DNA of 64,000 nucleotides from Corallochytrium limacisporum Hawaii (Eukaryota > Protista > Pluriformea): positions 1-64,000 of the forward strand of contig PDIP01000064.1 in the NCBI GenBank assembly GCA_002811645.1, read 5' to 3'. The translations under genes and the position numbers were made by a program. Shown here in pieces: positions 54,262 through 64,000 of the stretch. Numbering within the stretch: the stretch's first letter is position 1; each line of letters opens with the position of its first letter. The notes under the pieces were generated by a model. The model was not told where the DNA came from. It did no database searches and worked only from the letters and a program-made list of their open reading frames with translations.

Positions 54262-57195
54262 ATGGCGGGACGTCGCCGGCAGTTTGTAACGGCCAAAGAC
54301 CAAGGTCACAATATGCCATTCTATGCTAAGCCGACGCAGCCAACCACAGCCGAGATCATGGAACAGGCAAGGGCCTCCTTGGCACAGCCTAGCCGTCCGT
54401 TTACGCCGGCCGTAGGAGGACGTGCTAATAATGACATGGAATTTATCCGTGGAGGAAATGTAGACAAGGGGATATCTCTTAAGAGACAGGGATCAATGGG
54501 ACGTGCCGCTTTTCTTGCAGACCTGGAAGCCAGTTCAGCGTACCCAACTAGACAAGGGACCGCTAATTCATTGCGCGCGCGCCACAGCGATGTAGGAACC
54601 GAGTACGTGAGGCCTTCACCATTGGTACCAAAACCACCGGACCGTCATGGTTCGGGACGGAAACAGAGAGGTGCAACGGGTGTGGATCCTATGAGAGGAC
54701 CAAACAACAGCTCAGGCTCGCGAGATTCCATCGACTCATATAGGCCAGCTCCGGACAGTGGATCAATAGGTCACAAGCCGGTCGTGCCTCCCTCGTCCGG
54801 GAAACCCATGCGACCTACAGGTGTCCGTAGGAATTTGCTGCGCAGGCCGTCCGATGCTAACGATTTAAAGGCTTCACCACCTTCCATATCAGAAGAGGCT
54901 ATATATGAAGGAGATTACCAAGTGCCAATCCAGCAACGCGGACATTCAGCCATTGAACGTAATGCGGAAGATGCCCGGTACCATCAAACCATCTCAGAGC
55001 GACAGGAGGAACGGCTACTCAAGTCTTTGGAGCTTACAGTGACGGAACTGTGCGAAGATTTGGTGCCAGACTGCCACATAGTGGACTTGAGGGCTACGGC
55101 AGAAACATTACTGAACTGTACCTACGACCAAGAGTACGAGAGCCTGGGTACGGACTTCTTCAGTCTGGTAGTGCGCAGTTGTATCCGCCTTATGGACCTC
55201 AAGGATGCGTGTCTTCTTCTTCGTTTGTGTAAGATCATTCTAAGAACCACTAATAGTTCGCGAACAATGACCAATTGCTTCAAGATGATGCACAAATTGT
55301 CTGGTGACAACAGAAATGATGTCACATTCCAGGAAGAGAATGTCTTTGATGAGCTACTGGCTGCCCTGACCGGAAGACTTGATCATTTTGATGCCCACAC
55401 GGAAACGGAAGGCAGAGCCAGCGTTGCGGGTACACTGAAGAACTTGACCATGAACATAGAATTAATGAGTATGGGATACAATGAGGGCGGCTTTGCGGGT
55501 TCAGAGCGCTCTAAGAACACCTCGTTGGCGAGAATGAATGTCGCCGATGTGATTGATGGCGTTTATTACGTCCTGGAATCTGCACTCCAAAGAGTGGCGG
55601 CTGAGATTCCATGGTCTTACTATGAAATGACCGCGGTACTTCACGCCTTTGGGATTTATCGCAACTTGATTACTCTCATAGATGTGAATGAGAATTCCAC
55701 GCGTGTCCAGCTGCAACATCTGGTATGTCGGGAAGACCTCATGGCGGTGATCGGTCAATTCATTTCCTATTTACCTGGCGCTACGATGAAGGAAGCGGTG
55801 GATAGGAATGTAGATGTGTATATCATGGGTATTCGGGAATTAGTGTTGCAGGTAGCCCGGATCATGGGCAAGATCACGGTTTGGCGACGGGCCATTCCGC
55901 TGTTGTACGGCGGGCAAGTTAACAGGCAAGTCGTCATTGGAGATGAAGACAGAGAACTTGACGACAGGTGCAGCACCCAAGCACAAGAGTTCCTCAGGGA
56001 GATTCTCAGTTCAATATTCCAAATGACGGTGACACACAAGGAACATTATCCCTGCGCCACCCGCTTGCTCTTCGTATTGGGAAACCTTACGGCCCATGCA
56101 GTGGACTCTGGTCTGTTTGATGCGCTGTACTTTGTGGATGGTCCCGAGCAGTTGCTGGACTTGTTCGACTTCTATCTCATGACGGATCCTGAAGTGGCTG
56201 CTCTGCTGGCGGCAGATGGTAGTCGAAAACGGCCAGGGCCTGGTCTGACAGGTACATACAAGAACGAAGGGCCCGTGGAAACGGCGCAAACGGGCGCGGG
56301 TGCACCGCAGACGGAGTGCGAGGATCTTTTGGTAAAGATGGTCCGTGTCCTCACCAACCTTGCCATTTCTCCCGAATTTGGACCGGAACTGGCCAAGGCT
56401 CAACCGGTAGGTGGCGTCGTCAGCATTCTTGCTGTCAAATCTCTACAATGCAGCGAAGAAATGATCCTCAACGCAGTTGCATTCATGCACAATCTCAGTT
56501 ATTACTATGTAGAGGGTTTGTCGATCACAGCGGGACACCTTGGGGAGGCTGACGAGAATCAGATGATCAAAGTTTGCAAGTTGTTGCACCCAATCCTTCT
56601 CTGTGACAACATTGAAGCCGTCATGGAGACAGTTCGAGTGTTTAGCAACTTTGCTCGGCTTCAGTGCGTGCGGGCATACATCAACAAAAGTGGAGTGGAC
56701 CGTATCTTGACCATACTGCTAGATGCTGAGAACTTGGACCTTTGCGCTGCAACCTGTGGAGCGTTGATGAATCTCATGGGCCAGCGTGAACATCGTTGGA
56801 TCTTGAAGGAGTACGGCGGTCCTTCAGCTTTAATTGACCTCATCTCCTTCGCACCAGAGCGCCTCGGTGTGGCCACTACTGCCTGTAAGGTTCTATTCAA
56901 CTATTGCAGTGCTGCACTCGAAGAGGCTGATGACAACGACATAGGCCAGGCCATCTCGTACGAGGAATTCTGTCTCCTTACGCAGACCATCGAGCAAAAC
57001 GTTTCTATCATGCTGCGCATGCTGCAGTCTCAAAACCATAGTACGGAAAACCTTGATGATGACGAGGAGGAGGGCCGTCAGAGCCCTAGCGCTGCCAAAC
57101 CTGCCTTCCACCCTGCCGCGATGGAGGACTTTGTTAACGTCGCGCGACGCCTGGGCACAATTATGGCAACTTCTGCAATTGAGCCCACGTGTTAG
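54262..57195 (+). CDS. ARMC2: Armadillo repeat-containing protein 2 (axonemal/IFT adaptor family)
   Basis: N-terminal TTAEIMEQARASL..PSRPFTP motif; ARM repeats with RLLFVLGNLTA, DLLVKMVRVLTNLAI, NLSYY, CGALMNL. Confidence 0.8.
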   Translation: MAGRRRQFVTAKDQGHNMPFYAKPTQPTTAEIMEQARASLAQPSRPFTPAVGGRANNDMEFIRGGNVDKGISLKRQGSMGRAAFLADLEASSAYPTRQGTANSLRARHSDVGTEYVRPSPLVPKPPDRHGSGRKQRGATGVDPMRGPNNSSGSRDSIDSYRPAPDSGSIGHKPVVPPSSGKPMRPTGVRRNLLRRPSDANDLKASPPSISEEAIYEGDYQVPIQQRGHSAIERNAEDARYHQTISERQEERLLKSLELTVTELCEDLVPDCHIVDLRATAETLLNCTYDQEYESLGTDFFSLVVRSCIRLMDLKDACLLLRLCKIILRTTNSSRTMTNCFKMMHKLSGDNRNDVTFQEENVFDELLAALTGRLDHFDAHTETEGRASVAGTLKNLTMNIELMSMGYNEGGFAGSERSKNTSLARMNVADVIDGVYYVLESALQRVAAEIPWSYYEMTAVLHAFGIYRNLITLIDVNENSTRVQLQHLVCREDLMAVIGQFISYLPGATMKEAVDRNVDVYIMGIRELVLQVARIMGKITVWRRAIPLLYGGQVNRQVVIGDEDRELDDRCSTQAQEFLREILSSIFQMTVTHKEHYPCATRLLFVLGNLTAHAVDSGLFDALYFVDGPEQLLDLFDFYLMTDPEVAALLAADGSRKRPGPGLTGTYKNEGPVETAQTGAGAPQTECEDLLVKMVRVLTNLAISPEFGPELAKAQPVGGVVSILAVKSLQCSEEMILNAVAFMHNLSYYYVEGLSITAGHLGEADENQMIKVCKLLHPILLCDNIEAVMETVRVFSNFARLQCVRAYINKSGVDRILTILLDAENLDLCAATCGALMNLMGQREHRWILKEYGGPSALIDLISFAPERLGVATTACKVLFNYCSAALEEADDNDIGQAISYEEFCLLTQTIEQNVSIMLRMLQSQNHSTENLDDDEEEGRQSPSAAKPAFHPAAMEDFVNVARRLGTIMATSAIEPTC

Positions 57196-57831
57196 TAACT
57201 GTTGAAATCCATTGTATAAACATCATGTATATAACAAGTGTCATAAGGAACCGCACCGTACGCCCACTGAATGGAAGGCGCTCAAAGCATGCTGGTGATG
57301 CTCACTGCCGTCTCCGGACTGCCCCGAGTGGCCACTAACCGGAACCCTCCCTCCGTCCGTACCCGCCGGAATTTCGGCCGTTGTTTACCTTGTTGTCGAC
57401 GACCAATGGAATTTTTCCATTGCTGAGGGGAAGAAAGGCCGGGGAGCATCTCGAAAGGATCGGGGGGCTGGGAGTTGAGCAGACTCTTGGTGGGGTTGGG
57501 AAAAAGAAGAGGGGAGATGCTGGAACGAGAAGGGCGGAGGAGGGGGAGTGGTGGTTTGCGGAGACTCTACATTGCGCAGAATTCTGATGATAGATGGTGG
57601 GGGAGGGGCTCTGCTCGCCCCGCCCACTTTTTCGTATGAGTCTTATCATCGCGTTCGGAACAACATTGCTGTGGTGGTCTCATGATGCAGGGCCCTTGTC
57701 GTTTGCAGTTAATGCGCAGGGTATTCCATGCCATACATCTAAAGTCAGAACCAGAAGAATGATGTGCGAGCACTGCTTTGAGATCTTTCAGCTGCAGTTG
57801 TTCAGTTGCAAGACCACGGCACTTGTCCAAC

Positions 57832-60800
57832 ATGTCTGTTAACTTCAGGCTGCGGCAGCTTATGCACGCATGCGTGCTGGTATCCCTGGGCATTGTCCTG
57901 GGAATGCTTTGGACCGAGTCACTATCCCTGAGCCATCCTGATGTAGCGTTCACTTATGAGACTATGCGTTTTGATCCGGTGCTTGCCAAAACTGTGGATG
58001 TTTCCGATCGACAGATCTGCAAGGCGCACGCCCACGACAAGCTGATTACCCGGTTTACTGACAAGGCTATGTCCTCTACAAGACCACCCATCAGGCGCCC
58101 CCCTGTACACAGGCCTACAAGGCCTGGTGATGATACCATTTGGGTGCACATGGTTCCGCACACCCACGACGACGTGGGCTGGCTGAAGACGGTTGATCAG
58201 TATTACTATGGCGCAAACCAGCCCACCGCTCGTGCAAGTGTGCACTGGATCCTGGACACTGTCGTTGAGGAACTCTGGAAGGACCCGGACCGCAGATTTA
58301 CCTACGTGGAAATGGCTTTCTTCTATCGTTGGTGGAGCGAACAGGACGGAGAAACAAGATCTCGAGTTGCCAAACTAGTGAGGGAAGGCCGCCTGGAGTT
58401 CCTGAACGCGGGATGGTCCATGAACGACGAAGCTTCCGTGTACTACCAGGACACCATTGACCAGATGACTTTGGGACACCGATTGATCTTTGGAGAGTTT
58501 GGTGCGGTACCAACGGTGGCTTGGTCCATCGATCCCTTTGGCCACAGTCAGGAGCAGGCATCGCTGTTTGCACGCATGGGTTTTGATGCTATCTTCTTTG
58601 GGCGCATTGACTATCAAGACAAGATGAAACGTGACAACGAACGCAGCCTGGAAATGATCTGGCACGGATCAAAAAGCATAGGCGAAGAAGCCGATCTCTT
58701 CACTGGTGTGCTCTACAACCATTACGGACCTCCTGCTGGTTTCAATGCCGGGTGGAATGACCCCATCATGGACAATCCGGAGCTGGATGGCTACAACTTG
58801 CCAGACATGATTGACATGTACATCAACGCAGCCTACGAATATGCAAATCACATGGCCACAAATCAGGTGATGTTCACCATGGGCGGTGACTTCAACTACG
58901 AAAATGCCCACGTGAACTTCCAGCAGATGGAGAAGATCATGGGACACATCAACGAAATGCAGGAATTCAAGGGCAAGAAAGTTCGTGCCTTTTACTCCAC
59001 CCCGTCCCAGTACGTCGAGGCCCTGCATACAGCGAACATTACCTGGCCGACCAAATCGGACGATTTCTTCCCATACGCAGACAGGCCGACCGCGTACTGG
59101 ACTGGATACTTCACCTCTCGAGCCAATCTTAAGGGGTATGTTCGTAGCTCAAATGCAGTGCTCCAGGCCTGCCGCCACTTCGAGTATTTGTCGGTCCCGT
59201 TCCCGAAGAAGGATGATGACGACTCCCCAGCACAATTTGACGGCCTTTCTTTGCACTTGGCTGAAGAATTGGGCATCCTGCAGCACCACGACGCTGTAAG
59301 TGGCACTGAAAAACAGTTTGTGGCTGATGACTACGCCAATCGTCTGACCCGTGGTCGCCGCATTTGCCATGGATTCATGACTAAAGCACTGGAAGATTCC
59401 CTGGGGTCTGGAAGGATGCCGTTTGATACTAGCAATGTGGAACAGCCTCCGCCTCCCGACCAGACCTATCACACCTGTGACATGCTGAACGTGACTAGTT
59501 GTGCCGTCACAGAGAGCAGCGACGACTTCCATGTGGTCGTGTATAATCCACTTGCTCACTACCGCGTGGCCTATGTAACTATTCCCGTGGATGGATTCTA
59601 TATGTCTCGATCTGATGGTCACGTTGATCGTAAGGCTCAAGCCAACTCAGCGTACAGGGTGTGGGATGCCGTGTCCATGCATCCCATGGAGCATTCCATC
59701 TTGCCTTCTCCACGACTTCCCGTGGATGCGGGCCCTGCAATCAATGGCCCAGCCTTACCGCAGCCGGCTCCGAGTGTCATTACCGTCCCTGTTCTTATAG
59801 CACCCTTCGGGTTCCGCATCATCAATGTGGAATCAACCCTTCCTCCACCTCTTCCAACGCCGCCTCCAAGCCACCGTCCGATCGGGGTTGAACGCACAGA
59901 AGGTGTATCCAGTGCCAACTCTGACATCGACAATGTGGAAAACGAGCAGTTTAAACTAGTTTTTGATGAGGATACTGGTTTCCTCGATGCCGTGTGCATC
60001 AAGAGTGTCACAAGCGAAGAAGAGCTCCATACGGGATGCCACCACCACGAGAGTTGCCCTTGTCCTGCGGGATCTCAGTACCTTCGTGTTTCCCAGGACT
60101 GGCGCTTCTACGAAAGCAACTCTGGTGGTACCTCGGACTTGAGGAACACAGGTCAGGCCAGTGGTGCGTACATCTTCCGCCCGAAAGACACCGAAGAACC
60201 GGAGTCCTTCCGTCGTCTGCGGCACCTGAGCTCCAAGCCTGTCCCCACTGAGGTGTTCCGAATTCCCCTGGCCAAGGGCAAAGCTCCTCCGAATGACCAC
60301 GACCAGGAAGCGCATTTCATCATAGAAGTACACCAGGAAATCACGTCATGGATCACACAAGTCATCCGTCTATATCCTGGAGATATGCCGCTTGCGCGTG
60401 CAATTGAGATTGAATCCACCATCGGTCAAGTTCCCGTCAGCGATGGTACTGGTCGCGAAGTGGTCATGCACTTCCATACTGGCATTGACTCTGGGGACAC
60501 CTTCTACACCGACGCTAACGGTCGTGAGATGAAGAAGCGTGTCCGCAACCATCGCGATACATGGAACTTGACGGTCACTGAGCCTGTGTCAGGCAACTAT
60601 TACCCAGTGAACACTCGCATATCCCTTCGTGATGATGTTCATGAGTTTGTGCTATTGACCGACCGCAGTGTCGGTGGATCCTCACTTGGCAGCGGTGAGT
60701 TGGAAGTCATGCTGCAGCGGCGCACCCTCCATGACGACGCGCGGGGTGTTAGTGAACCACTGGATGAGAAGATTCCAGTTGCCGGCGACCACAACTCGGA

Positions 60801-61449
60801 GATTGGCATCATCACTCGTTCCAAGCAATGGATTACTGTCCAGCCTGTTGCTTCTTCTGCGGAGCTTCACCGTCCGCTCGCGCTCGAGATCGCACACCCC
60901 GTCTCGACATTCTTTGCGAAAGGAAAGTACGAGCCAACGACGCCTGATCCTCCGCAAGTGCACATGAACACCGTGCTTCTTGGCAACCAGGGACTGGCAG
61001 TGGATGGCGATGAATCGGCACTCTTCGATCCGTCTAAGTACCCCATCCTCGACGTGCTGAGTGGCAAGGTTGACATTAGGGCCAGTCTAATTCCAGATCA
61101 GCTCCATCTCTTAACCCTGGAGCGTTTGGATCATTCCTGGGTCCTGCTCCGTCTCGAGCACATATTTGAGGCGCACGAGTCCGATGCGGGTTCGACGGCC
61201 GCCGCTGTCGACCTACAGCACCTGTTTGGACACAAACTCGCCATTGAGGATGTTATCGAAGTGGGTCTGTCTGGTTTGCCACGGCGTCATCGTCGCAAGT
61301 TTGTACCCCAAGACCAATATGACAATAACAACCAGCCTGAGGATCTCGAGTTCAGTGCTCCATTATCCCACGTCAATGGCACCCTGGTTACCCTGGGACC
61401 AATGGAAATTAGCACCCTCTACGTCAAACTCCGCACTGCATCCGGTTGA
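57832..61449 (+). CDS. MAN2B1: GH38 lysosomal-type alpha-mannosidase
   Basis: HTHDDVGWLKT, WSIDPFGHS, TMGGDF, YWTGYFTSR, QHHDAVSGT, SGAYIFRP, FYTDANG, GNYYPVN; N-terminal hydrophobic anchor; first ATG at 57832. Confidence 0.95.
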   Translation: MSVNFRLRQLMHACVLVSLGIVLGMLWTESLSLSHPDVAFTYETMRFDPVLAKTVDVSDRQICKAHAHDKLITRFTDKAMSSTRPPIRRPPVHRPTRPGDDTIWVHMVPHTHDDVGWLKTVDQYYYGANQPTARASVHWILDTVVEELWKDPDRRFTYVEMAFFYRWWSEQDGETRSRVAKLVREGRLEFLNAGWSMNDEASVYYQDTIDQMTLGHRLIFGEFGAVPTVAWSIDPFGHSQEQASLFARMGFDAIFFGRIDYQDKMKRDNERSLEMIWHGSKSIGEEADLFTGVLYNHYGPPAGFNAGWNDPIMDNPELDGYNLPDMIDMYINAAYEYANHMATNQVMFTMGGDFNYENAHVNFQQMEKIMGHINEMQEFKGKKVRAFYSTPSQYVEALHTANITWPTKSDDFFPYADRPTAYWTGYFTSRANLKGYVRSSNAVLQACRHFEYLSVPFPKKDDDDSPAQFDGLSLHLAEELGILQHHDAVSGTEKQFVADDYANRLTRGRRICHGFMTKALEDSLGSGRMPFDTSNVEQPPPPDQTYHTCDMLNVTSCAVTESSDDFHVVVYNPLAHYRVAYVTIPVDGFYMSRSDGHVDRKAQANSAYRVWDAVSMHPMEHSILPSPRLPVDAGPAINGPALPQPAPSVITVPVLIAPFGFRIINVESTLPPPLPTPPPSHRPIGVERTEGVSSANSDIDNVENEQFKLVFDEDTGFLDAVCIKSVTSEEELHTGCHHHESCPCPAGSQYLRVSQDWRFYESNSGGTSDLRNTGQASGAYIFRPKDTEEPESFRRLRHLSSKPVPTEVFRIPLAKGKAPPNDHDQEAHFIIEVHQEITSWITQVIRLYPGDMPLARAIEIESTIGQVPVSDGTGREVVMHFHTGIDSGDTFYTDANGREMKKRVRNHRDTWNLTVTEPVSGNYYPVNTRISLRDDVHEFVLLTDRSVGGSSLGSGELEVMLQRRTLHDDARGVSEPLDEKIPVAGDHNSEIGIITRSKQWITVQPVASSAELHRPLALEIAHPVSTFFAKGKYEPTTPDPPQVHMNTVLLGNQGLAVDGDESALFDPSKYPILDVLSGKVDIRASLIPDQLHLLTLERLDHSWVLLRLEHIFEAHESDAGSTAAAVDLQHLFGHKLAIEDVIEVGLSGLPRRHRRKFVPQDQYDNNNQPEDLEFSAPLSHVNGTLVTLGPMEISTLYVKLRTASG

Positions 61450-61629
61450 AGGTGAAAGTGACACAGGTTAGTAATCTCCCCTTAATATTATGTTACAACG
61501 TGCTAGTGTATTCAATGTGTATGATGATGTCAGAAATGGATTGTTGATTGATGACGACGACGACAATGACGATGATGAAATGTATAGGAAGGAAGTGTTT
61601 GGTAGTGAGATTGAAACTTCTCTGTGAAC

Positions 61630-62238
61630 TCAAAGATGATCCTTAACGGCATTGCAAGAAGTGACGTACCGCTCATAGTCAGCAACCTGCCACGCATTAC
61701 CCGCCGATGCTTTGACATCCGTTGCAAGGTCCCGGTAATAATGGGTGTACAGAGGAGCACCACTGGCGACACCGACGTAGTTCAGATCGCTGTTGCACTT
61801 ACTCAATCCATCCGGGCCGCCGCGTTCGGCTGCGAAATCCTCAATCGATCCTTTCTTGCCACCGGCTTTTCTTAGCACATCCTCAAGCTTTTCAATCTCT
61901 GACGGACCTGCGTTCATGCCCACCAGAAAAAGGTTCCCACCGCTTCTATCGAGGCCTAGTTCCTTAAGAGCAGCAGTGATCTGTTTCTCCGGCATGAGCA
62001 CGTAGAGGAGCTCCGTACCGATTGCTCGCGTAACCATTTCATTACACTCCTCTCGCAACAGGGCGGATACAGCTCCACTCATCAAGTGGTCCAGCGAAAT
62101 AATATGCTTTGCATTTACCAGTCCACACCGTTTGTATGTGCCGGTCATGATTTCCTTCTTCACCGCCGACAAGTCCTCTACGCCGTCATAGACATGAACC
62201 TCAATCTTCTGGCCCGATGGTGCCGTACACTGGTTCAT
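61630..62238 (-). CDS. TPRKB: KEOPS/EKC complex subunit CGI-121
   Basis: LVNAKHIISLDHL, MVTRAIGTELLYVLMPEKQITAALKELGL pattern. Confidence 0.8.
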   Translation of the reverse strand: MNQCTAPSGQKIEVHVYDGVEDLSAVKKEIMTGTYKRCGLVNAKHIISLDHLMSGAVSALLREECNEMVTRAIGTELLYVLMPEKQITAALKELGLDRSGGNLFLVGMNAGPSEIEKLEDVLRKAGGKKGSIEDFAAERGGPDGLSKCNSDLNYVGVASGAPLYTHYYRDLATDVKASAGNAWQVADYERYVTSCNAVKDHL

Positions 62239-64000
62239 TGTGTTCCTCTTTGTCTGCTCTCTATCCCGTTTTGCATATGGACTATAACTCTACTGCTCTG
62301 CGGACCATGACCACATCGCGCAACATGAACCACTCGTACCTTGTCCGCGCCAGATCTTTCACAAAACACGCTCTGTGTCAACCGGACACTGCTTTGGCCA
62401 GCCTGCCTTCCCCATTTCAGCCACCCCGCTCACTCACTTCGCTTGCTCTGGATTCAGCAAAATATTTCCAGCCAGTTGATGTCGAGGGCGGGCAAAGTAT
62501 ATGGACTCCCGATCTCCCCTCTCCCACACTCTTCCCCAGAGGTGAATGAAAATGGCAGGACGAAAAGTTCATTTGGCACAACGTACAAACTGGCACAAAG
62601 GTATCATTTTTCCTACGATAGGGTCCACCGATAAAGGAGGGGCGATCTCGCACCAGTTCCTCCTCCCGTTCTCTCTCGCCCAAAGGGTCTTCCGCCGTTG
62701 ATGGAGGCGTCATCCCGTTCTATTGCGAATGTTCAGCCAGCATCCCGTGTTTTGATTCGTACCATCGCCTTGCAGTGACATGAGATGATCCATGTACAAG
62801 GGTCAGTGGATCCCATGATGGTCTGATTCGAAAACAGAGATTGATTGTGTGTGAGTTGTGTACGGTGTGGTGGGGTGAGGCGGTGTATGTGTAGTAGTGT
62901 GCAGTAATCTCTTGCTACAACAACTGTCATCTTCCCGCAAGGCAAAGAGAAGGCAGGATATCAAAAAAGTTGACAAAATAAGAAAGCGGGTTAGCGATTG
63001 CCCCACCTCCCACACAATGACCGTTACTCTGGGTGTCCACATCCTCACATGCGCAAGCGGACTGCCGAACATGCAGCAACGCCCCCAGTGCACCGGACCT
63101 TGGAGGTAACGGACCAAACGGCAAGACCCATTGTAGACCAAAAAAAAATAACCCAGACCCGATCCATGATTTATTGGTCCCATTAATGGCCCACCGAAAT
63201 GTGTTCCTTATTCTTTTGGGTAAGGTCCTCCACTTTAGTGGGGAGGTAAGAAAAGAAAACGTAATCTCGCCGTTTAGACAAAGTACTACTCCGCAGGAAA
63301 GAAAGGAGGGGGGGGGGAGACTTTAAACGACAGAAAAGTCACTTACCCCCAATCAAACACCTCCCCCCCCCCCGAAAACCAACCAACCAACCAACCAAAT
63401 CATGGCAAAACTAAATTTCGACTGCTGCTTCAAAAAACAGATCCGGCGGTATCCATATACTGCAAGCAGCTTACCCGGTTGTTTGGTGTGTTTCGCGGAC
63501 AACACGCAGCCTCGCTCTCACTTCTATTCTCTTACTTCTCTCAACTCTCTCACACAACACGCTCTCCGTGGCTCACGGACGACGAGCGAGCAAGCGCGAG
63601 AGCATGCCGGCAACGGAGATCAACAAATCTCCAGATACAGAGACACAGCGACACACTCGCACTCACGCACACACGGAGCCCCGTGAGCGAGAGCGAGAGC
63701 GAGAATAGAAGAATATTAGGGAGCGGGTTTGGACGCGAGTGTGGGGAGTGTGAGTGTTTTAATACTGTTGCCACGGTCATGGCCCGCATTTGGCAAGGTC
63801 GTAACGTTCGGAACCAGCTGCGCAACTTTTCTATAGTTTCTTTTTCGTACCCCTCCGCCCCAACCCACCCCCCCTTCCTCCCGCTTTGGTGGCCAAGCAA
63901 AAATCGTTTTCCTATTCTATAGCCTAGAAGGTACTCCGTTGCTGCCGGGCCGGTGGTTCCCGTGTATATTTTTGTAAGTTAACTCCCCCCGGGGCTTCCG

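Noticed and set aside
1-64000. CRISPR arrays, transposons, rRNA, tRNA and snRNA genes
   Set aside because: No repeat-spacer arrays, transposase or reverse transcriptase motifs, terminal repeats or recognisable RNA-gene consensus seen

Overview
Compact, almost intron-free eukaryotic nuclear DNA, probably a unicellular opisthokont or holozoan-type protist. The Trx+2xGrx GLRX3, SLC25A46, ARMC2, LMBRD1 and NDUFB10 homologues point that way. Corallochytrium is a known near-intronless example, but that assignment is only an inference. I support 22 protein-coding genes: MMAB, cyclophilin, GLRX3, divergent LMBRD1-like, ferric-reductase/NOX-type oxidoreductase, divergent SF3B4, PIGN, TGL/SDP1 lipase, AFG1L, PTEN-C2-UBA formin, NDUFB10, AlkB alkane monooxygenase, PNPLA6/NTE, a membrane HNH-like protein, SLC25A46, a membrane-anchored 2OG-Fe(II) oxygenase-like protein, ARMC2, GH38 alpha-mannosidase, CGI-121, and three unknowns, one of which carries the only clear intron. 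Genes mostly form tight convergent pairs, separated by long homopolymer-rich, ApT-poor promoter islands that contain recurrent C-run/G-run palindromes. The most interesting signals are: (1) that promoter grammar; (2) a possible cobalamin/metal neighbourhood (MMAB + LMBRD1-like + His-loop reductase + GLRX3); (3) a bacterial-toxin-like HNH domain on a membrane protein; (4) a bacterial-type AlkB; (5) a formin with an intact CX5R motif and a UBA-like insert. All family calls come from recalled motifs, not database searches.
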